Positions 53,570 through 61,000 of a DNA stretch of 64,000 bases are shown here, piece after piece. How positions within the stretch are numbered: the stretch's first letter is position 1; the number at the start of each line of letters is the position of its first letter. This DNA is from Pyrinomonadaceae bacterium. Its GTDB lineage: Bacteria > Acidobacteriota > Blastocatellia > Pyrinomonadales > Pyrinomonadaceae. Where the stretch lies: positions 2,679,836 to 2,743,835 of the forward strand of contig OY970256.1 in the NCBI GenBank assembly GCA_963715565.1. The letters run 5' to 3'. The notes beneath the pieces were generated by a model that made no database searches, was not told the DNA's origin, and worked only from the letters and a program-made list of their open reading frames with translations. The position numbers and the translations under genes were made by a program.

Positions 53570-56125
53570 TTATCTTATCGCGCGGCGCTCGTCCGTCGTG
53601 GAAGCTTGCGCGGGCTGCGTGGTCGTGACGATTGGCGCGCGATAGCCGCACTCTTCCCTTGCGCAGTGTAGGACCGTGCCCTCTTTCTTCGTGGTCTTCT
53701 CCAGAAGGAAGGGCGCTTTGCATTGGGGACAGGGTTCGGCAATGGGCTTGTCCCAGAAAACCGTGTCGCACTTAGGGTATTCCGAGCAGCCGTAGAACGC
53801 TTTGCCGCGCTTAGACTTTTTGACCACAATCTCGCCGCGACAACCCGCGCGCGAGCACGGCACGCCCGTCGTCTCGCGTTTAATATAGGTGCACTTCGGA
53901 TAGTTAGAGCACGAGACGAACTCGCCGAAGCGACCGTGACGCCGCACCAGATGCGCGCCGTCCACCGGACACTTCTCGTCAAGCGGCACGGCGGCGGGCG
54001 CAGCCTGACCGCTCTTCGCAATCTTGCGTATGTTGCGGCACTCCGGATAGCCCGTGCATCCCAGAAACTGTCCGAATCGCCCGCGCTTCAAAGCCATAGG
54101 CTTGCCGCACAACTCGCATTCCTCTTCCGTCTCGCCAGAGCCTTCCGCTTTGCTCTCCGCGCTTGCGCTCGAAGAGGCTGTCGCAGTTTCCGTTTCGCCG
54201 TTCGCCGCTGGACGTGCTATCTCGCGCGTCGTGCGACATTCGGGATAGTTCGAGCAGGCCAGAAATTGTCCGAAGCGCCCGAACTTGATGACCATCGCCG
54301 CGCCGCAGTTGTCGCACACCTCATTGGTCGGGATGGCCTGTTGTTTGGCCGCGCGCATCGTCGCTTCGGCGTTCTTCAAATCCTTTGCAAACTTTTCATA
54401 AAACTCGCGCAGCGCCTCGGTCCACGCGAGCTTGCCTTCTTCAATCTCGTCCAGCTCCTCTTCCATCCGCGCCGTGTAGGTCTCGTTAAAGAGATCGTCA
54501 AAGCTGGCGACTAGAAGATCGTTGACGGTTGTGCCGAGCGCCGTCGGATGAAAACGGCTCTCGACCTTTTCGACATACTCGCGGTCCAGAATCGTCGTCA
54601 TGATGGCGGCGTAGGTCGAAGGCCGACCGATGCCCTTCTCTTCCAGAGCCTTGACGAGCGTGGCTTCCGTGTAGCGCGGCGGCGGCTCCGTAAAATGCTG
54701 CTCGGGCTTCACGGAATTGAGCCGTAAGTCCTCGCCCTTTTCCACGACGGGCAAGGTGCGCTCGGCCTCTTCTTCCTCTTCCGTCTTTTCGTCGCGCCCC
54801 TCCTGATAAACTTTCAGGAAGCCGTCGAACTTCTGCACAGAGCCCGTAGCGCGAAACAGAAAACGCCCCGCCTCTATGTCAATCGTCGTCTGGTCAAAGA
54901 GCGCGGCCATCATCTGCGAAGCAACGAAGCGCTGCCAGATGAGACGATAAAGCTTCTGCTCTTCGCGGTTGAGATAATGAGCAACCGAGTCCGGCGTGCG
55001 CGTCACATCGGTCGGGCGTATGGCTTCGTGCGCGTCCTGCGCGCCCTTCTTCGAGCGATAGTGGACCGCCTTTTCCGGCAGGTAATTCGCGCCGTACTGC
55101 GTGCCTATAAAATCTCTGACTTCGCCCAGTGCCGTGTCCGACACGCGCGTCGAATCCGTACGCATGTAAGTGATAAGACCGACCGCGCCTTCCGCGCCAA
55201 GCTCCACGCCTTCGTAAAGCTTCTGCGCGAGCATCATCGTTTTCTTCACCGCAAAGCCTAATTTTCGCGAAGCCTCCTGCTGCAACTTCGAAGTCACAAA
55301 CGGCGGCACTGGATTGCGCTTGCGCTCTTTGGTCGAAACGTCCGCGACCCTGTAAGGCTGCTGGGCAGCTTCGCTGACAATCTCAGCGGCCTGCTCCTCG
55401 TTGCCAATCAGAATCTCGTTCTTCTTCAAGTCCTGATCGAAGTTGCCGGTCTTGACGGTCTGCTCACCTATCTTTAACAGTCGCGCGTCAAAGGCTGGCG
55501 GGAGCTTGGCAGAGAGATTGGCAATGATGGTCCAGTACTCGGTTTTGACGAAAGCTTCTATCTCGCGCTCGCGCTCGACGACCATGCGCAGCGCCACGGA
55601 TTGAACGCGGCCCGCGCTCAAACGGCCTCCGACCGTGCGGCACAAAAGCGGCGAGACCTTGTAGCCCACCAGACGGTCGAGCACGCGACGGGCCTGCTGC
55701 GCGTCCACAAGATGCTTGTCTATTTCCTTAGGCTCTTTGAAAGCATCCTGCACGGCGCGCTTAGTTATCTCGTTGAACATCACGCGATAGGAAGGTTTTT
55801 TGGGGCGCTTCGGCACTATCTCTTCCGCCAGGTGCTGGCAAATAGCTTCGCCTTCACGATCCGGGTCAGCCGCCAGATAAATGGCGTCCGCGTCTTTCGC
55901 GGCCTTCTTCAGCTCCGAGATGATCTTTCTGTTGTTGCGCTTTTTTGAATCGGGGATGATTTCGTAGGTCGGCTCGAAGTTGTGCTCTACGTCCACGCCC
56001 AATCCCTTCGACGGTAAATCCTTGATGTGGCCGATGGAGGCCATCACGCGATAATCGTTACCCAGATATTTATTAATCGTCTTCGCCTTGGCAGGCGATT
56101 CCACGATGACTAGATTCTTTCCCAT
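53570..56125 (-). CDS. topA: DNA topoisomerase I
   Basis: Toprim N-terminus LVIVESPAKAKTINKYLG, catalytic-core motifs, and four C-terminal CxxC...CxxC zinc ribbons. Confidence 0.95.
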   Translation of the reverse strand: MGKNLVIVESPAKAKTINKYLGNDYRVMASIGHIKDLPSKGLGVDVEHNFEPTYEIIPDSKKRNNRKIISELKKAAKDADAIYLAADPDREGEAICQHLAEEIVPKRPKKPSYRVMFNEITKRAVQDAFKEPKEIDKHLVDAQQARRVLDRLVGYKVSPLLCRTVGGRLSAGRVQSVALRMVVEREREIEAFVKTEYWTIIANLSAKLPPAFDARLLKIGEQTVKTGNFDQDLKKNEILIGNEEQAAEIVSEAAQQPYRVADVSTKERKRNPVPPFVTSKLQQEASRKLGFAVKKTMMLAQKLYEGVELGAEGAVGLITYMRTDSTRVSDTALGEVRDFIGTQYGANYLPEKAVHYRSKKGAQDAHEAIRPTDVTRTPDSVAHYLNREEQKLYRLIWQRFVASQMMAALFDQTTIDIEAGRFLFRATGSVQKFDGFLKVYQEGRDEKTEEEEEAERTLPVVEKGEDLRLNSVKPEQHFTEPPPRYTEATLVKALEEKGIGRPSTYAAIMTTILDREYVEKVESRFHPTALGTTVNDLLVASFDDLFNETYTARMEEELDEIEEGKLAWTEALREFYEKFAKDLKNAEATMRAAKQQAIPTNEVCDNCGAAMVIKFGRFGQFLACSNYPECRTTREIARPAANGETETATASSSASAESKAEGSGETEEECELCGKPMALKRGRFGQFLGCTGYPECRNIRKIAKSGQAAPAAVPLDEKCPVDGAHLVRRHGRFGEFVSCSNYPKCTYIKRETTGVPCSRAGCRGEIVVKKSKRGKAFYGCSEYPKCDTVFWDKPIAEPCPQCKAPFLLEKTTKKEGTVLHCAREECGYRAPIVTTTQPAQASTTDERRAIR

Positions 56126-56137
56126 TCTCTTAACCCC

Positions 56138-56339
56138 GGTGACAAGTGACGCGTGACAAGTGACAAGTTAAATCAGCTTGCCACATAGCCACCGTCCTTT
56201 TATCACTTAATTTTCTTATTCAATCCCATTTAGATGCACAAGGGCGCTCTTTCGCACCCTTATATTAATGTCACGCGTAAAACAAACGACGACGAAAACC
56301 TATCCTTACTTGTCACTCGTCACCTGTCACTTATCACTG
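56138..56339. repeat. family B arms separated by a ~137-nt AT-rich spacer (split or decayed copy)
   Basis: Left arm GGTGACAAGTGACGCGTGACAAGTGACAAG (56138-56167) and right arm CTTACTTGTCACTCGTCACCTGTCACTTATCACTG (56305-56339). The spacer holds arm-like fragments TTATCACTT and GTCACGCGT. Confidence 0.75.
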
Positions 56340-56343
56340 CTTT

Positions 56344-57477
56344 TCACAGCTTTCTCACAAAACATTTACCGGGCAACTGGCGCACTAGCTCTCTCATTTC
56401 AAGCGCCAGCAGCGCGCTCATTAATTCCGGCAAAGCGAGCCCGGAAGCCTGCGCGAGCGCATCAATATGCACGCCTGCATCCACGGAAAGCAACTTCCAG
56501 ACGGCGTGCTCTGCGGTTGAGAGGTCGCCCGGCACAAGCTCAAGCTGTTGGCCCAGCGCGTCCTCGTCCGTCGTCTTTTTAGACTCGGGCGGCAAGAGCC
56601 GCGCAGCCACGTCGGGAGGCAACTCAGCCGCGACGTCCTGCCATTGCTGCACGAGTTTCGCGCCCGCGCCCTTGATGAGATAGTTCGTCCCGAAAGAGTT
56701 TCTAGAAGTGATGTTGCCCGGCACGGCAAACACTTCGCGTCCCTGTTCAAGAGCCAGACGCGCCGTTATCAAAGAGCCGCTCGATTCCGCCGCCTCTACA
56801 ATCACGACGCCGAGGCTCAAGCCGCTAATAACGCGATTGCGATACGGAAAGTTCTGCGGCGCGGGCGGCGTCTCCAATGGAAACTCGGAAACGAGCGCGC
56901 CGCCGTGCTCTAAAATCTCGTCCGCAAGCCGCCGGTGGTCGCGCGGGTAAACCTGGTCCAGCCCGGTTCCCATCACAGCCGCCGTGCGGCCTCCGGCTTC
57001 AATCGCGCCGCGATGCGCCGCCGCGTCAATCCCACGCGCAAGGCCCGAGATAATCGTCACGCCGCGTTCTGCCAGATCGCGCGCCAGCATAGTGGCAGCG
57101 TTCTGCCCGTAGGTGGAGGAGCGGCGCGAGCCTACAATCGCCACGCACGGCTCGTCCAGACACGCGGCCCACTCGCCCTTCACGTACAACGTAATCGGCG
57201 GGTCAAAGATCTCGCGCAGGAGCGCAGGGTACACACCGTCGTCCAACAGCAAGAGGTCCGCACCCAGAGAGCGCACGCGCAATATCTCTGCTGCGGCGCG
57301 CTCGAAGAGTTCGCGCGCCATGATGCTCTCGACCGCTTCCGGACGAAGACGCAAGGCTTCAAGCTCCATGCGCGTCGCACTGAAAACAGATTCGGCAGAG
57401 CCGAAACGTTCAAGGAGCTTGGTGGCTGCGCGCGGCCCCACGCCCGGCGTCATGTTGAGCGCAATCCATTCTTTCAT
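56344..57477 (-). CDS. dprA: DNA-processing protein DprA (Smf)
   Basis: GLARGIDAAAHRGAIEAGG Rossmann-like motif. Start taken at ATG 57477 (MKEWIALN). The TTG-initiated extension to 57552 runs through repeat sequence next to tRNA-Sec. Confidence 0.85.
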   Translation of the reverse strand: MKEWIALNMTPGVGPRAATKLLERFGSAESVFSATRMELEALRLRPEAVESIMARELFERAAAEILRVRSLGADLLLLDDGVYPALLREIFDPPITLYVKGEWAACLDEPCVAIVGSRRSSTYGQNAATMLARDLAERGVTIISGLARGIDAAAHRGAIEAGGRTAAVMGTGLDQVYPRDHRRLADEILEHGGALVSEFPLETPPAPQNFPYRNRVISGLSLGVVIVEAAESSGSLITARLALEQGREVFAVPGNITSRNSFGTNYLIKGAGAKLVQQWQDVAAELPPDVAARLLPPESKKTTDEDALGQQLELVPGDLSTAEHAVWKLLSVDAGVHIDALAQASGLALPELMSALLALEMRELVRQLPGKCFVRKL

Positions 57478-57550
57478 GATTTCAGACTTTCGCTTTTTGG
57501 ATTCAAGACAGGGTTCCGGATTGTGAGGCGCAATCCTTATCTCTTCAGAC

Positions 57551-57583
57551 AATCCAAAATCGAAAATCTAAAATCCAAAATCG
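57551..57583. repeat. tandem heptamers (AATCNAA x4.7) without a full partner arm
   Basis: AATCCAA AATCGAA AATCTAA AATCCAA AATCG lies immediately 3' of tRNA-Sec (as GATTTTN on the tRNA strand). The unit is related to family F. Confidence 0.8.
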
Positions 57584-57586
57584 TTT

Positions 57587-57685
57587 TGGCGGAGGCGTGT
57601 AGGAATCGAACCTACCCAAGCCTGCTCTCACAGGCTCACAGACGGTTTTGAAGACCGCGCCGTTCACCAGAACAGATGCGCCTCC
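57587..57685 (-). tRNA. selC: selenocysteine tRNA (anticodon UCA)
   Basis: 99 nt, hand-folded. Acceptor GGAGGCG/CGCCTCC followed by G-CCA, and a 6-bp D stem CTGTTC/GAACGG with 4-nt loop TGGT, which is the bacterial tRNA-Sec hallmark. Anticodon loop CTTCAAA. Long variable arm AGCCTG-TGAGAG-CAGGCT. T arm GTAGG-TTCGATT-CCTAC. Confidence 0.85.
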
Positions 57686-57718
57686 CAACCCTCGCTAACC
57701 GAGACGAAACGCCTCAAG

Positions 57719-57748
57719 ACCCTACGCGCCAGATGCGGCGACTGTCAA
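57719..57748 (-). promoter_or_regulatory. possible promoter for tRNA-Sec
   Basis: On the minus strand: TTGACA (complement of 57743-57748), 18-nt spacer, TAGGGT (complement of 57719-57724), ~33 nt upstream of the tRNA 5' end. The -10 is weak. Confidence 0.3.
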
Positions 57749-58068
57749 GCGGCCCCGACGTCCCGACGCCCCGCGGGAAGTTATAAGCCATTGAAGCTCA
57801 GCCCTTTAGAAGCTCCCCGAACGACATCGCCTGATGCGACATTGCATCCTCCACGGTGCTTGCGCGCGGCCTCTTCCCTCCGTAGCTTTGACCTGAAAGC
57901 TTGGACATTCTTGATGCATCTATGCTTGAATGCTGCTGCTCTCGCGCCGCAAAGCTTTGGCAGTGAAGTTCGCTATACGACCGCAGCGAAGGTGAGCCAG
58001 ACCACTACTCAGCCACGCTCGCACGGCTTAACCTCAAAGCTGCTCAATCATTCACAGGAACTGCTCCC

Positions 58069-61000
58069 ATGCAAGACCGACACATCTTTATCTCACATAG
58101 CAGCCAGGACGACGAATTTGCCAAAGAGCTCCACGATGCTCTTGTGAGCTTCGGATTAACCGTTTGGGTTGATTCCCAAAACCTGCGCGGCGGAAACAAG
58201 CTCGCCATGGAAATTGACGCAGCCATAGAAGGAGCGCGCCAAGTCATCGCCGTGCTCAGTCCCAAGACAATTAACTCCTCCTGGGTGCGTACGGAGATTC
58301 AAAAGGCTTTAGAGGTTGAAGCAAACCGTCAGCATGAAGGCTACAGAGTGATTCCGCTCCTCCTGCCCGGAATTGAGCCCTCAGCTTTGCCTGCGTGGTT
58401 TGACAAAGAACCCGTGGGTATTACCGTCGAAATCAAAGTCGGCGGATTGATTGAAGCCATGCCGGACATTCTCGCAGCCCTGGGCGAGCGTCTGTCTACC
58501 GACCGTCAACCTGTTAAAGAAGTCGCTTCCAAACCCGTCGAAGAATTGACGCTCAAGCTGAATGATTTACAGATTGAAACAAAAGACGGTAAGCGCCGCG
58601 CCCGAGCTGTCGGTCAATTGACTTATGAGCCTTCAGACAATTCAACTCATAAACGAGTTGAGAGCAGACGCTACAGCTTCACCGCGCCGATAGGAATTAT
58701 CGAGACGGAAGATTTGCGCTGGTATCTGGAAGAATATTTTGTCTGGCCCATTGGAGTCTTCCGCGAACGCGCCGAACGCATCGAAGCCCAACTGCCCAAA
58801 TGGGGACAGGCTTTATACCAGTCGGCCTTCGCGCCGGAGGTCGCACATGAAGCTCTCAGGTCATGGCAACAAGCAGGCATGGATGGCGAACGTCGCTTCT
58901 CCGTCTTCGTAGAGGAAGAGTTGCCCGTCGGAGCAAGCCCGGAGGAACAGACTACCGCCAGCGAAGAGAAACAAGCTGCCGCCAGCGAGGCCGCGAGCCT
59001 CTTGCTTTCGCTGCCGTGGGAACTCCTGCACGACGGGCGCGGCTTTCTCTTTCACGGCAAACATCCGGTTCGCGTGCGTCGTCGCCTTCCAAACCGTCAC
59101 TCGCAAACCGTCAGGCCCACGCAACTGCCTATTCGCATCCTGCTCGTGAGCCCGCGTCCTGAAGAAGAGCTTCGCATAGGCTACATAGACCATCGCATCA
59201 GCGCCAAACCACTGGTTGAAGCAGTAGAGAGTTTAGGCGAACTGGCAAAGCTGACCTTACTCACTCCCCCCACCTTCCCCGCGCTCGAAGAAGCATTACA
59301 CAAGGCTGCCGAGGATGGCGTGCCTTTCGATGTCGTACACTTTGACGGCCACGGCGTCTACGACCACAGGGTCGGACTAGGCGGTCTGTGCTTTGAAGAC
59401 CCGAACGACACGGAGAAGTTAGAACAGCGCCGGATGCAGTTAATTCACGCCGAACGGCTGGCCGAGGTCATACGCGACCACAGCATCCCGCTCGTCTTCC
59501 TGGAAGCCTGTCAAACCGCGAAGACCGAAGAAGACCCCACCGCTTCGGTCGCCGCGAAACTTCTGGAAGAAGGCGTCAGCTCAGTCGTTGCGATGAGCCA
59601 CAGCGTGCTCGTCGAAACCGCGCATCGCTTCGTCAAAGCCTTCTATCAAGAGCTGGCCGAAGGAAGGCGCATCGGCACGGCCATGCTCGCAGGACAGCGC
59701 GAGCTTCATCGAGAAACCCTCAGGGGCAAGATGATGGGCGCAGGCGAGCTACACCTACAAGACTGGTTCGTCCCCGTCCTCTATCAGGAAGAACAAGACC
59801 CGCAATTAATCACCCGGTTGCAGTCCCAACAGGTACAGCAGCTTCAAGTCACACAACGCCACTTGAGCTTAGGCGCGTTGCCTCAGCCTCCACCCCACGA
59901 ATTTCAAGGACGCAGCCGCGAGCTGCTGGCCTTAGAGCGCCTGCTCTATAACGAGCCTTACGCGGTCGTGCGCGGTCAGGGCGGAGCGGGAAAGACCACG
60001 CTCGCAGTCGAGCTAGCACGCTGGCTCGTACGCCTGGGCCGCTTCCGCCGCGCAGCCTTCGTCAGCCTTGAACAGTATACCGACGCCCGCACCGTCCTCG
60101 ACCATCTAGGTCGCCAACTCCTGCCCAAAAGTGATAACTGGTCCGTCGCCCAGTTCCCCGACATGAAGCAGGCGCTCCAACCCATAGAGCGCGCACTCGC
60201 CGACCGTGCCACCATCATCGTCCTCGATAACATGGAAAGCGTCCTTCCAGACCACATAGCAAACCTGCCGTCAGGCACACAGCAACTTCAAGAGGAAGAG
60301 CTTCAACGACTCTTCCAACTCTGCCAACAGCTTCTCCAAGCTGACCCCGCCACGCGTATTCTCTTCACCAGCCGCGAGTCATTGCCCGCGCCCTTCGATA
60401 ACAGGCGCAGAGAAATCTCCCTCGGCCCATTGAGCCAGGAAGATGCCATCAAGCTCGTCGGCGAGGTCATGAAGCAAGAGGGCCTGACCCCCAAAGCGGA
60501 AGACCCCGGCGGCGACCCCAAAGAAATCACAGACCTCGTCGAAGCCGTCAATCGCCACGCCCGCGCCCTCGTCCTGCTCGCCCGTGAAGTTGCCCGTCGC
60601 GGAGTGCGAACGACCACCGAAAACCTACATCAACTGATGGCCGAACTCGACAGTAAGTACCCCGGCGACCGTGAGAACTCACTATACGCGAGCGTGGAGT
60701 TGTCGCTGCGGCGTCTGCCCCCGGAAGTGCGAGACCAGCTCAAGCCGCTGGCCGTCTTTCACGGCGGAGCGCACATACAGGTGTTCGATTACGTGTTGGG
60801 TATTGCTGAAGACGATGTGGAAACAGTTCCCGGTATATTCCGCCATCTGGTAGAAGTCGGCCTTGCTGAAGATATGGGGTATGGACACCTTGTGCTGGAC
60901 CCGGCCCTGCCGCCCTATCTGCTCAGGGAGTTGAGTGAAGAGGAGCAGGAAGAGGCGAGAGGACGATGGGCTGAAGGTATGAGATGGTTAACGAGCTTTC

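Noticed and set aside
57478-57552. TTG-initiated longer DprA start
   Set aside because: The extension is read from heptamer-repeat and hairpin sequence next to tRNA-Sec. The conserved DprA N-terminus begins at MKEWIALN.
7949-57583. CRISPR array interpretation of the short tandem units
   Set aside because: Units are only 7-9 nt and directly abutting with no spacers, each locus is an inverted repeat, and no cas genes are present.
57791-58147. 118-aa ORF upstream of and overlapping the TIR start
   Set aside because: It has a TTG start, no RBS and no motif, and it overlaps the well-supported TIR N-terminus in another frame.
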